Part shown: piece after piece, positions 30,597 to 42,340 of the stretch
Layout of the letters: each line of letters starts with the position of its first letter
Numbering within the stretch: the first letter of the stretch is position 1
NCBI GenBank assembly: GCA_012862495.1
Contig: BLSG01000142.1
Span: forward strand, 1-44,997
Reading direction: 5' to 3'
Length of the DNA stretch: 44,997 bases
DNA from: Thraustochytrium aureum
Lineage: Eukaryota
Translations under genes and position numbers: made by a program
Notes under the pieces: generated by a model
The model's input: only the letters and a program-made list of their open reading frames with translations
What the model was told of the DNA's origin: nothing
Databases searched by the model: none

Positions 30597-33500
30597 CTAG
30601 CTAGAGGGAGCATTCGCCTTTGACGCTGAAGTGACTTGCCGACGATGCGCAGGCGACGCGCCCTTGTCAGGAAGCGGTACGCCGCGCACCACCCCAGGGA
30701 CGACCTGCAAGGTCGCCGCCCGCGAGCCTCCTGAAAGCTCAACCTCTGTGGCGCGGACTAGCGTCGAGTCGTAAGCCGGCTCCGTTTGCTGGAGGACTCG
30801 CACGACCTGCTCGCGCTGGGTGACATCACGCGGACACGAGTGAGGAACCTTTTGCGCCTACAAACCGCCCCATGGCGTCATGCGCCGCTGCACGCGTTCA
30901 AGGGCAGCGTGCGGCTCGAGGCCGTACAGGCGCCCCAGCAGAACGGCAGCAGCCGCGCCGGCTCGACCGACCCCCCAGACGAGAACNCGAAAATGCGCTC
31001 TTTGCGCCGAAGGCGCAGCTCCAAGTCGCGGCACAACGACAGCAGGCGCAGATCATCTTCCGGGTGACCAGCACCTTTGCGCAGTGGAAAGAAGACATGA
31101 GACACTTTGGCGCTGACGTTGCTGAGCGCAGTGGCTGCCCGGGTATAGTCTTGCCTTCTGTTGCTCTCTGCGCGGTCCAGAGCCTCCTGTTGAGGCCGCC
31201 CATATCCGACATGCCGCCCACGCGCGGCCCGAGCCGCGGCGCCGTCGAGGGCCTCCTTGGCCGCGGCGACGCTGACAACGAGCTCCTGGCGGATCGCGCT
31301 TGCTACCGAATCGGCCTCTTTGCTAAAAAGCCATCCGCGGTCATGCTGGGCGCTTCGTCTTTCGAGCTCCTCGCGCGTCAGGAGGCACACAAACGTATCG
31401 ATTCCGGAGCAAACGAGCTGCGCAATGCTGCTGCTCCGCGCAGTGATCCGGCGGGCCTTGATGCGGGCCTGGCCGCTTGGATAGCCGCCGAACACGACCT
31501 TGGCGTACGCGCCATTGATGAGCCAGGCGGACGAGTCGGTGGGGCCGCTGTGCGCCTTTTTGAAGTGCTCAAACCGCGCAAGGTCGAAGATCTCAAGCGA
31601 GCCGTCCGCCCGCAGGCGCGCTCCTGTCACGGGCAACGCCGGAAGCTTGACATTCACTGCAGGGTGCCAGGGATCCACCATGGTTTTGCGAGGCATGCGT
31701 TCGCGTGCACGCGCGGCCTGTAGCTCTGCGACGCGGCAGAGTTTGGCCGAAAGGTCGCCAAGCTCGTCCGCGACGCAGGCCGCCGGCTTGCCTTCCTCGG
31801 CTCCAGCGTTTTGGTCGCGTTCCAGCTCTCGGACCAGCAATGCTCGGAGGCCCCGCACGTCGGCGTCGAGGCCGCGCACATCAAGGTGAGTCGGGGGCAG
31901 CACGGCGTGTATGTAGTAGCGCCAGCGCTCAAGCGCGACGGCCTTGAGTCCGGTCGCAAGGCTCTCAACGGCCCTCTCGATGCGCGCGCACATAGCCAGC
32001 TGGCGCGTGTAGAAGGCTTCAAGCTCCTCTTGAGTCGCAAAGTAGCGCACTCCGTCGCGAGTGACGCCGTGCTCGCGCAGCCATCNNNNNNNNNNNNNNN
32101 NNNNNNNNNNNNNNNNNNNNNNNNNNNNNNNNNNNNNNNNNNNNNNNNNNNNNNNNNNNNNNNNNNNNNNNNNNNNNNNNNNNNNNNNNNNNNNNNNNNN
32201 NNNNNNNNNNNNNNNNNNNNNNNNNNNNNNNNNNNNNNNNNNNNNNNNNNNNNNNNNNNNNNNNNNNNNNNNNNNNNNNNNNNNNNNNNTGTCGCTCCAG
32301 TTCCCGGAGCCTTGCCTGCTCCTCCTGCTTCTCGCGCTCAACTGCGGCTCGTCTCTGCTCTGCAAGCATCTGGGCGGCAATGCGCTTCTCAAGCGTGAGC
32401 CTGGAAGACAGCACTCCGCGCCAGAAAGACTCGATTTTTGTCGCAGCTAGTACTCGGCGCTCCTCCAGACGAAGATGGCCTGTCTGCGACACCCATGTCG
32501 TCAGGCCGTTGCTCATGTACCTGAGGACCCAGCTTGTGAGCACTTTCGTCAGTTTGCGGGCCTTGTTTTCAGCCGGAGACTCAAGTTGGCCCCCGGTCAG
32601 GAGCTCGAATCGGTGCAGCTTCCTCTTCCGCCGCGCGCGCACGCGCTTTGGTGGCGACGGCGCCCCAGATTCGCTCCGGGCCGGGGCCTCCGGAGCGAGA
32701 ATCTCTTCGCTCAAGTCTGTGAGCTGGCCACCCAGGTGCCGTTCTACGAGCTTGTCCACCTCATGCTCCTCTGCGTTCAGGAGCCCGGCAATAATTTGCG
32801 TGCTGACAACGACAACCTTGAAGAACCCGATTGTGCCTGAGCCGCGCCGCACAACCGCCGTCCCTTGCTGCTCGGTGTGCCCGCGTCGACGATTGTGCGA
32901 AGCGCTCACAGCGGCATCCAGTGGAGATTCCACTACGCGGCCTGTACACTCGCGGCGCATTGTCGGGTCCCGCGGGTCACGAAAGATGACAATGTCGCCA
33001 GTGAAAAAGTGTCTTGCCGCAGGTTTGCGCCTCGTGTCCATGACGACAGTGGCCCGTGGCGTCTCTGCATGAAACGCAGTGGACGACCAAAAGTCGACCG
33101 TGTTCCAGGCGAGCGCTCCTCGATTGGTCATTCGAGGAGAACAGCCCGCCGCGTCGTTCATCGCGTCGTAGACAGAGACCGCTTCCCGGCGAGCCGCATG
33201 CATTTCGCTTTCCTCTTCGAATCGAGGATCTAGGTTCTCATGATGCGTCTCGAGCAGTGCGCGCAAGCGGCGCGTTGCTGGCGTGTCCCGCTTCGCGAAC
33301 CATTTGAGCGGCTGCGCATTGGGGCCGCCCGTACCACCAAGTTCCGGTGGGTTTCCCTCTAGTTCTGCGCTATCCACTTCAGCGGCGTCAAGCTCAAAGC
33401 AGTTGCCGGCCACGCCGCTACGGTGCTCGGCGGATGCGATGGTGCCTCGAGCGTGGGCAGCCGTGCCAATATCGCTCTCGTCGAAACCGAGCTCCTGCAC

Positions 33501-33671
33501 AATCTTCTCGCCGGTTTCGCGCACAAAGCCGAATGTAGCTGCGCTGGCCTCCGCATCCCAGCTTGCCTCCCCGGACTTCCACGGGCTCGACCTGGTCCTC
33601 TTCAGCCCAGGGCTGTTCTCGGGAGCATTTCGCAGCTCCAACTGCGTCAGAGCCCTTGCGCTGCTACTCAT
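30597..33671 (-). CDS. IQ-motif/coiled-coil protein with a C-terminal dual-specificity-phosphatase-like (probably inactive) domain; spans gap 32086-32289; three apparent indels at about 30850-30976
   Basis: ATG at 33671. IQ-like AATKIESFWRGVLSSR near 32400-32448 is followed by a charged coiled coil. After the gap: GPTDSSAWLI..VVFGGYP, GIDTFVCLL, HVFFPL, LCRDLELRLRRKERIFxFSSGG(V)GRAGAAAAVLLGRLYGL..AALERVQR(A)HD...SCP..VTQREQVVRVL, ending in ORF 30597..30803. Confidence 0.7.
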
Positions 33672-33932
33672 CGAGGTCACTCGATTGACGGGATGAAGGG
33701 CTCAAAGACCGTCCAAGCCGCCAGGGGCCGGCCTCGCCGCCGCCGCCGCCTCGTTGCCAAAGCCGCCGTGGGGCGCCTGTTCATCCAGGTCGGTAAAGGT
33801 CATTGGTGAAGCCAGCACTGCGCGCGAGTCGGGCAGAGGTCGAAAAATTGGCATGCCAACAAATCCGTTAACTGGCCAGCCCAGCAGCGTCAGCCGCCCA
33901 TGGGCATCGTCGCGAGCGAGCACGATCGCGAG

Positions 33933-33965
33933 GGCATCGCTGATGGCATCGTTGATGGCATCGTT
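33933..33965. repeat. 12-bp tandem repeat (GATGGCATCGTT-like), about 3 copies
   Basis: ggcatcgctgatggcatcgttgatggcatcgtt. Confidence 0.75.
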
Positions 33966-34733
33966 GCGAGTCGTCCTTTGCAGCGAACTTCAAGGGCCGC
34001 CAGGATTGCACGACTTTTGCTTCGGTTTAGGTGCGCTCCTATGGACCTGACCGAGTGTTGAGCCCACTCGCTTCAGTGCGTCGGCGAAGGCGTGCGGCCG
34101 GGCGATGAAGGGCCGGCTGGCTGGTTCACGTGGGCTACCCGGAGCGATTTCTGTACTCTTTCGTGCGTCATGTTGGCAGCGCGTTCGGCTTCGGCTTCGG
34201 CGGCACATCGCGCGCGTCTTGTCTCGAAGCGCGCCAAGGCGCTAGCTCTGCCCCGCGGCTGGTTCTCTCTCTAGAGCTCTAGAGCGCTAGCGAAGCTCCA
34301 GCTTGTCGAGTGCGGCCAGCGCAGCAGGTAAGCGCTCGAGGCGCCCGAGCCGAAGCGCCCGCCGATGCCGAGCGACCTCGCCAAAAAAAATTGTGTACGA
34401 TTTGTCCGTGCACCTAAAGTTCATAGAGCAGTGCACGAGTACGTCGAGAGTTGCAGCTGCTGCGCCGGGGGCAGGGCCTGCCCCAAGCGCGAAAACGGCA
34501 CGGCGCAGGCGCCGAGCCACGAGCAGGGCATCTGGGCCGGCCGAGCTTGCGCAGTTTTAGCGCGCCGCCGCGGCCTTGCGAGGGAGGGAAAAGAGCGACC
34601 AACGACCCGCAAATCCCGCTCCTTGTCCTTGCAAACGACCCTGCACTGGCAGAGCAGCGATCGGCCGGACGCCGCGCGCTGGAGAGTAGCCCGCCCGCTT
34701 GGGGATTGGGGACACGCAAAGGCGCCGCGAGCC

Positions 34734-37700
34734 ATGAGCCACCAGCGGCGCCGGGAGCGCCCTGCCGCCGCGCAGAACGGTGGCGCGGGAGAGCTCGCGG
34801 CGCCGCCGCCGCCCAGACTCGCAGTGGCAGTCCCGTTGCGGCTCAAGGACGACATCGAGGCGGTCGAGTCAAGCGTGTCGGTTCTGCTGAAAATCAAAGG
34901 GTCGCACTACAAGCTGCCGATCGTGGGCGATCGGCGCGTGCAGGTGTTCAATGTTGCGGTCGAGGCGCTCGCCCGCTGTTTGGCGATCGTGCGCGAGCGA
35001 AGGCGCTCGTCGGCTTCAGCGGCAGCGCGGCTGTCACCGTCCTCCATAGGCGCCGCGGGTAGCAACGAACTTTTCGTCCTGGTGGCAGAATGGGTCGGAA
35101 CTGTCTTCGACTGCGCCCGCGTTTGCAACCTCGACGTGGACATGGTCATCGCAAGAGCGGCACGGCAGCTCTTTGAAGACCGCCACACGGAAATGAACAA
35201 GGTAGGGCTCAAACTGCTCTGGAGCCTGGACGACCTTGTAGCCTCGGCGAGGTCGCCAGAGCAGCTCCTCGCCGCACTGGCGGCATTCAGTCCTATTTGC
35301 AGGACCGCGCTCGTGTGCCAGTGCCTCGAGTTTGCGCCCAGAAGCCAGGAGGGTGCTCTGGAGCAGGGGCAGTTTGCAGTGCCTGGTGGCGGTCTCGGGC
35401 ACGCCCCTGGGGCACAGCTCGCCGACGCGCACCTCACCATGGTGTCGCGTCGGCCGCGTGACGCAGAGCTGAGCGAGCTGACGGCCGTTTTCCTCACGGG
35501 GCTTGGCAAGGTGCTCCAGCACACGGTGTACCTGAGCAGCGACCTTGGCGACGGGCAGTCCGTGCCGGGAATCTTCTTCGCAGGGCTTGCCCAGGTCCTC
35601 GCGTTTGCAGCTCAGCTCGGTTGGGTGGCCAAGGAGTTTCACGCCGCGCCGCCCGCCGAGCCCATGGCGTTGGTGGGGCCGTCTGGCAAGCGCCAGCTCC
35701 ACCTCACTAACGACAGAGGCCGCGCGCGAAGCACAGGCGATCCCTGGCGTGCTGTCAAGCTAAGCCTAGAGGTTGTCCTCGAGTTTCTCTTGCAGCGGGA
35801 CGATGCGCTGGGCGAGCAGGGCACAGCCCTAGTTCTCGCCCTCGTTGAGCGGTGCCAAGGATGGACGCTGCTCAGCGCCCGCTCGCTCGACGACTTTATG
35901 CTCCAAGTTGCCCTCGTGGTCCTTCGCAGCGTTGCGCCGCAGATGGAGGCCGCCGTTCGGTCGGCCCCAGGCAAGTATATGGATGGGCTGTTGGCCGCGT
36001 TTGTGGCCTGCGTCGCGGTGTCTTTCAAGGTGGACCGGCACCATCGCCGACCTGTAGGGCAGGCGATGGTCGCAGGGGTGGGTTCGAGCGTCGGCTCGTA
36101 TCATGTCGCCGCGTCGGGGGCGGGCTACCTGAGCAAGCGCGACGTGCGGAGCAACGTCTACCCGAGTACTTACGAGCGCCAGATCGTCGACACGGTCGCC
36201 AGCATGGCCCTCGCCATGTTCCGTTTCGCCGCCCACACGGTGCCGCACACTGGTCGGGCTCCCCTGCTGGCGAGCGCAGTTTGCTCGTGTTTCGCTCGTC
36301 TTGGCGACAGCGACGTCCACTGGTCGGCCGTAATGGGCGGTTCTGGAGCGGATGGATCCACCTCTGCGGCTTTCGAGGCAGCCGCTGCCGTGCTTCGGTG
36401 CGCCGTGTTTGCGCTGTTGAGCTACCGCACAGCTCGCCCAGCGCTCAAGCACGCGGAAGACTTTGTGCCGGGCGTGCTCGCAGCGCTGCACCACCTAACA
36501 AAGCACAACATAAGCTCCATCCAGGAGCAGATCCAGCAGTCCAAGCGCGTCGACCTCACTATCGCTTCAAGCGGCGAGTACACGATCGCGCTGTACGCTG
36601 GGCGCGTCTTTGCCCTACTTCAACCGTTCGTGCGCGGGCTGGGCGCTGCCACGGCCTCTGCACGGGTGTCGGTTTCCATGCCAGCGCTTGCGCAGCGCGC
36701 GTGCAGCGCGCGGGCCTTGTATGGTCTTCCTGTGGAAACGCTGTTGGCGTGGGTTCCAGCGGTCGCGCTCGCCTTGGGGGACTCGAGCGAGTCGCTCGGT
36801 CGCGCTGCGGGGCAGGCGCTGCTCGAACTGGCCAAGGCAATATCCGTTCGCGGCTCTCTGACGAGCGGAGCAGTGCGTGAAGGCCCCGCGGCGGAGGCAG
36901 AAGACAAGCAGCAGCGCGCGCTGGACCTCGATGCCGTCTTCTTACGGCTCCTTGAAACCTGGCACGCTGTGTTCGTCACGGGCGAGCCTCCGTCCTGGAT
37001 GCAGCACGCGAGCGCCGACTGCGAGCGCGACCCAGGCCCCTTTTCCGCCGTCTACTCGAAAGATCTCATGCTCATGTTGACGCAGCAGACCAAGTTGTGG
37101 CAGCATGGCGCGCCCGAGTGGTTCAGACCCTTTGCGGCGCTGCGGCAGCTGCGCATCATCAAGGACCAGCTCGAGGAGGAGCTTAGGTCGGCTTTAATGC
37201 CGTTCTCGAACGCCCCGTCAAGCCCGGCAGACTTTGTGCTCGGCTCGGAGCGCTCAGCCTTTGCCCTTGCGGGAGAGCTCGTCGTTCCGCGTCTCGACAG
37301 GGCCTGCGACGCTCTCGAGCAGTTTGCAGAGGCTTGGCGCTGGAACAGGTATGAGGGGGGCTCGAGCGCGGCGGGTCGCCACGCGCCAGCGAGTATGGAG
37401 GCGTTTTTCCTCAGCGCGGGAGGCGCTCCGGGGCCAGGTGGCGCCGGAGTGCTCTCTGGCTCGAGGCCCAGCGGGGCATTAGGTGTCACAGTGCGCGCGC
37501 TGCAGTCGTTGGCAGAAACGTTCGTGGGTTTCTCGTGCCTCCGCGGCCGCATCGCGGCTGCCTACTACACCCACTTGGCGGCGCAACTGGCGCGGCAAGC
37601 CGGGGACCTTTGGGAAGCGGGCAACGCGTTTGCTATGGTCGCCAACTGCATCATGGGCGGTCCGCGCGACCAAGCGACCGCAGACCGCGTGCACGCCGAG

Positions 37701-40096
37701 ATCGCGTCGCTGTTTTTGCGCGAGTCGATCGTGGTCTTTAGCGCGCTCGGCGCCTTCCCGGAGCGAGAGCGAATCAGGGACATCTTGCGAGACCTCGCAG
37801 ACGACTACGAGGTGGACGACGGGCTTTCTGACGTCGCCTCGGGCTCGACGGCCGACTGCGGCCCGGATGGCAGGCTGCGCCAGCTGGCCGTGTCGTTCTA
37901 CTTTGTTGTCGGAACTCAGGCGGCAGCGCGCCAGGTGCTCGAAGCAAGTGCGGCCAGCGGAGCCGCGCATAGCGCAGTCGCCCTCGCGCCGCTCAACGTG
38001 GTCCGAATCGTTCTTCGTGCCGACGGCCAAGCGCCGGTGGGGAATGGCATCCCCAGCGAAAGCGTCGCCTCCGCTCTGGCAAAGGGTCGGGAAGGTGACC
38101 TTTTCGCTGCTGCAGAGGCCATCCTTATCGATCGTCTCCAAGACGCCACGAGCTTGCGCCACGTTGAGGGCTCGATGGAGTGGCAAGCCAAGCAGCAGTG
38201 GGTTGCCTCGTCAACCTCGACTCAGCCTTCGCGACATCTGGCTCTCGAGCCCGTCTTTGACGTGCACGAGACGTCCCGGGAGCTTGTCATACAGCAATAC
38301 AGACGACTGGGGAGCGAGCTCGGCGGCCCGTTCGGAGCGCTGCCGCGCCACAAGACGTTTTGGGTGCGACGGCTTTGGCCCCTTCAGCTGAGCGGCAACG
38401 ATGGAAAGCGGGGTGGACCCGGGGCAACTGCGGCAAAGCCAATGCTGCGGTGTCCGAATGACTTTGTTATGCTCCCAAACAGGCTTGATCGCTCTGTGTA
38501 CACGGCGGACTGGTCAGCGACGGTAGACCCGCGATATTCGGAGATGCTCCGAGACGGGCAAGTCGTGCCGCTCGACCGCGTCGTGCTGCGCGTGGTTCGT
38601 CCTGCGCTCTCCCCAATTGTTTCGTTGGCGACGCTCTCGCCGCGGCTTTTAGCGTCGGGTTCGCCTCCGCTCTCGGTGCTGTTGGAGTCGTCTCCGTTCG
38701 GCGCCCCTGTGGNNNNNNNNNNNNNNNNNNNNNNNNNNNNNNNNNNNNNNNNNNNNNNNNNNNNNNNNNNNNNNNNNNNNNNNNNNNNNNNNNNNNNNNN
38801 NNNNNNNNNNNNNNNNNNNNNNNNNNNNNNNNNNNNNNNNNNNNNNNNNNNNNNNNNNNNNNNNNNNNNNNNNNNNNNNNNNNNNNNNNNNNNNNNNNNN
38901 NNNNNNNNNNNNNNNNNNNNNNNNNNNNNNNNNNNNNNNNNNNNNNNNNNNNNGAAGAGACACCCCCGGGCGCGCCGATTATCTTGATGCCGGCCCCGCA
39001 AGTCTCGCCAGCGGAGCCAGCGGAGCCAGCGGAGCCGGCTGGCTCGGAGGAAATCGTTTCTCCAACGCTGCCGCCGAAGCCAGAGCGCCTGAAGAGACCG
39101 GAAGGGTCGCAGGGTGCGCCGAATCGGTTTCCAGAGCCTGCTGTCGCCAGGCGTGGAGAAGACGAGCACGAGACAATTTCCAGCACCCCTGCGATGTCGG
39201 CCGCAGATCCGGCGGACGACCTTGCGAGCCCTTCACCTGGCTCTGCAGTAAGACAAGGGGCCACAACGCGCCATGCTTCCTCCGACGACGAGTCCGCCGT
39301 TTCAAGCCAGTCACAGTCTGGAAATCGGGCGCAGGGAAGTGATTTGGGCTCTGGCACGGACTCGAGCGCGCCTCTTCGGCCACGCGGGCGCTCCGAAGGC
39401 GGCGACTCGACGACATCAAGCGAAACGCAGAGCGACGTTGACGTGGCCAACCCGGTTTTGGACGGGGTGGGGGTGTCCGCGGAGCAGCTTGCCCAATTGG
39501 CCTCCAAACCAAGGCGGGGCGGCAAGGAATCCACGCACGAGGTTTGCGGGATAAAGCTGACACATTCGGACTTTGCGCTTGCGGACCAGACCGTCCGCCT
39601 CCAGGAAGGATCGTTTCCCGGCAAGGTTGCCGAGAAGTCTGGTTTGCGAGACGTCATCATCCGCGTGGTCGGAGCGGCGCCGGAGGGGTCGAGTGTGGGT
39701 GACTGGGGGTCGCCGACGACGCGGCGGTCGAGTCTGATCGCAAACGTCCTGAGCCCTGCGCTTGGGCGCCGCAAGGACAGCACTTCCAGCGGTGGGACAG
39801 CGCGTTCTGGAGCGGACACGGACGAGGCCGACGGGACGAAGAACGTGGTCGAGATATGGGCGAGCGCTTCGGGGCTGTTGCGGCGGAAGGGCAAAGGGCT
39901 CAAGCTGTTAGAGAGAGTTCCCCTTGCCCAAGTAACGGTCGACGAGGCAATCACGTCGGGTGTGATCCGAATCAACTGGGCGGCACGGTCCAAGCAGGGA
40001 CTTGGGCCCGTTCTGGTGCAGTGCGACACTCCGTGCGCCCTGATTGCCGCTGTGGCCGCGCTCAAGCAGGAGCTTGCCGATGCCGAGCTGATATAG
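34734..40096 (+). CDS. Large (about 1780 aa) helical-repeat protein with a divergent DOCK DHR-2-like region, Pro-rich linker and PH-like C-terminus; spans gap 38713-38953
   Basis: gccATG at 34734 is in frame with ORF 34365..38987. The frame is open up to the gap and resumes as EETPPGAPIIL... through ORF 38984..40096. The gene itself is well supported by ORF length. The domain calls are by-eye motif resemblance only. Confidence 0.6.
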
Positions 40097-40674
40097 CGCT
40101 CGCTCGCTTCCCTCTCGAGTTGGACGGCTTGCCCCAACGCATCAGACCGAGGGGCTTGCCGCAGCGCAGAACGCGCCGGCGTTTCGGGGAGAAACGCCGC
40201 AGAGGGTCGCGCCGAGCGGAAGTTTGCGCGATCTACTCTTTAGTAGAGCGAGAGAGCTGTAGCAAAAGCTAGGACGTGTTTCCCTTTCGTTTCCTTGATC
40301 CGCCGTGGATGCACGAGACTGGCGATCCGCAGACAGAAGCGATCGTGACACTGCACGCGCGACAGATGCTAAATGCTAGAGTGGGCCCAAGCTTGTTGAG
40401 CTCAGGAGCTCTCCAGAAGAAAGCGTGGATTTTCATGAATGACAGCATTGCATACCCTAGCTAGCGTACGCATGGGTCGATTTTCTTCTTTTGCGAACCG
40501 CCTCGAGAACTGAAAATAAATGCTGTGCAGCGCCAGTGGGCACAGGTACAAAACCGGCGTTCTGGAGTCCCAAACGAGCCCCGTGCCATGATTCACGCGA
40601 TCACGTTTCAAGCTCGTCCGAAGCAAGTTCAACGACAACGCACGCGGTTTTTGCGAAGCCGTGCTGGGTGTTTT

Positions 40675-41304
40675 CTACGGCGTTGCGCGCGTTCCAGGGA
40701 CACGGCGATCCTCGCGCAGGTGCTGCTTGTGCGCCTTGAAGCGGCGCAGCAAGCGGCGGAGCGCGTCCGCGAACCACGCAGACGACTCGGCGTAAGTGTG
40801 CTTAAGGCAGAGCACCTGGGCGCGAAGCAGGGCAGTCTCGTCCTGCAAGAGCCGCGTGCGCTCTAAAACCCCAAGCAGGGCGGCAACCGAAACCGCGACG
40901 CGGCCGCGCTCGTCGCAGCCAGCGCCCTCGCCCACCTCGCTCATCCACCGCTCACCAACATGCGCAGGCCGCTTGACATTCTGCAAAAACAAGAGCGCGC
41001 GGAGTCTCTCGATCTCGCACTTGGCCTTTCGCAGCTCAGCGTCTGCCTCCCCGTCGCGCCTCTCCTCCGCCTTGGCCGCCGCGCGCCGTTCCATCGCCCA
41101 GTCCATCTCCGTGTCATGCACCCTCGCCTCCAGCAGCGCGACCTTGGCGAGCAGGTCGCGCTCGCGTTGTTGGCGCGCAACTCGGAGGGCTTCGAGTTGG
41201 CCTTCATGCGTTCGTTTATCAGCCGCCCAGAGCTCCTTCACGAGCCGCAGCTGCTCGAGGACCTCATCGAGCGTCAGCTGCGCCTTGTCGTCCCCCGACT
41301 CCAT
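40675..41304 (-). CDS. Hypothetical coiled-coil protein; true start may lie further upstream or in gap 41387-41961
   Basis: MESGDDKAQLTLDEVLEQLRLVKELW...LLAKVALLEARVHDTE...LRKAKCEIERLRALL shows heptad patterning and coding-like codon use. Confidence 0.6.
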   Translation of the reverse strand: MESGDDKAQLTLDEVLEQLRLVKELWAADKRTHEGQLEALRVARQQRERDLLAKVALLEARVHDTEMDWAMERRAAAKAEERRDGEADAELRKAKCEIERLRALLFLQNVKRPAHVGERWMSEVGEGAGCDERGRVAVSVAALLGVLERTRLLQDETALLRAQVLCLKHTYAESSAWFADALRRLLRRFKAHKQHLREDRRVPGTRATP

Positions 41305-41962
41305 CCACGCAGCGTCAAAACCGGCCTGACGGGCACGCACTCCATCTCCTCCGAGTCGATCTCGACCTCGTCAAAAACCAAAACAANNNNNNNNNNNNNN
41401 NNNNNNNNNNNNNNNNNNNNNNNNNNNNNNNNNNNNNNNNNNNNNNNNNNNNNNNNNNNNNNNNNNNNNNNNNNNNNNNNNNNNNNNNNNNNNNNNNNNN
41501 NNNNNNNNNNNNNNNNNNNNNNNNNNNNNNNNNNNNNNNNNNNNNNNNNNNNNNNNNNNNNNNNNNNNNNNNNNNNNNNNNNNNNNNNNNNNNNNNNNNN
41601 NNNNNNNNNNNNNNNNNNNNNNNNNNNNNNNNNNNNNNNNNNNNNNNNNNNNNNNNNNNNNNNNNNNNNNNNNNNNNNNNNNNNNNNNNNNNNNNNNNNN
41701 NNNNNNNNNNNNNNNNNNNNNNNNNNNNNNNNNNNNNNNNNNNNNNNNNNNNNNNNNNNNNNNNNNNNNNNNNNNNNNNNNNNNNNNNNNNNNNNNNNNN
41801 NNNNNNNNNNNNNNNNNNNNNNNNNNNNNNNNNNNNNNNNNNNNNNNNNNNNNNNNNNNNNNNNNNNNNNNNNNNNNNNNNNNNNNNNNNNNNNNNNNNN
41901 NNNNNNNNNNNNNNNNNNNNNNNNNNNNNNNNNNNNNNNNNNNNNNNNNNNNNNNNNNNNNA

Positions 41963-42340
41963 GGGAGGGAGGAAACGGGTGGCGGGCAAGCGGGCGCTGA
42001 CGATGAGGGCGATGCGCGCCGAAGGACGGATCTGCGCGAGACGGACGAGGCGTTCGTGGCGGTGGTCGAGGTGCCTGGCGTGCCCAAGGAAATGTGCGGG
42101 ATCCAAGTCCAGAACGACGTGCTCACGCTCACTGCGCACTATGCGCAGGAAAAGAAGGGGGATAGTGAAAAGGTGCTCTGGCGCGAGCGCTTCGTCGGGG
42201 ACGTGACCCGACAGATGAAGCTTCCCGAGCACATCGACGTGTCGAAAATCACCGCCAAACACGAGAACGGCATCCTCACGATCACGATGCCCAAGCACAA
42301 ACAGGAGGAGCAGGAGGTGCACCGCATCGAGGTCCTGTGA
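41963..42340 (+). CDS. HSP20: Small heat shock protein (HSP20/alpha-crystallin domain); 5' end in the gap
   Basis: TDLRETDEAFVAVVEVPGVPKE..IQVQNDVLTL...WRERFVGDVTRQMKLPEHIDVSKITAKHENGILTITMPK...HRIEV (I-x-V tail motif). The frame is open from the gap edge. Confidence 0.92.
   Translation, partial: GREETGGGQAGADDEGDARRRTDLRETDEAFVAVVEVPGVPKEMCGIQVQNDVLTLTAHYAQEKKGDSEKVLWRERFVGDVTRQMKLPEHIDVSKITAKHENGILTITMPKHKQEEQEVHRIEVL

Noticed and set aside
34269..34284. Palindrome CTCTAGAGCTCTAGAG
   Set aside because: A short duplication within a CT/AG low-complexity patch, with no supporting context.
34365..34733. N-terminal 123 aa of ORF 34365..38987
   Set aside because: It crosses an A-rich promoter-like tract (34383-34392) and has non-coding-like composition. 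The gccATG at 34734 is the better start.
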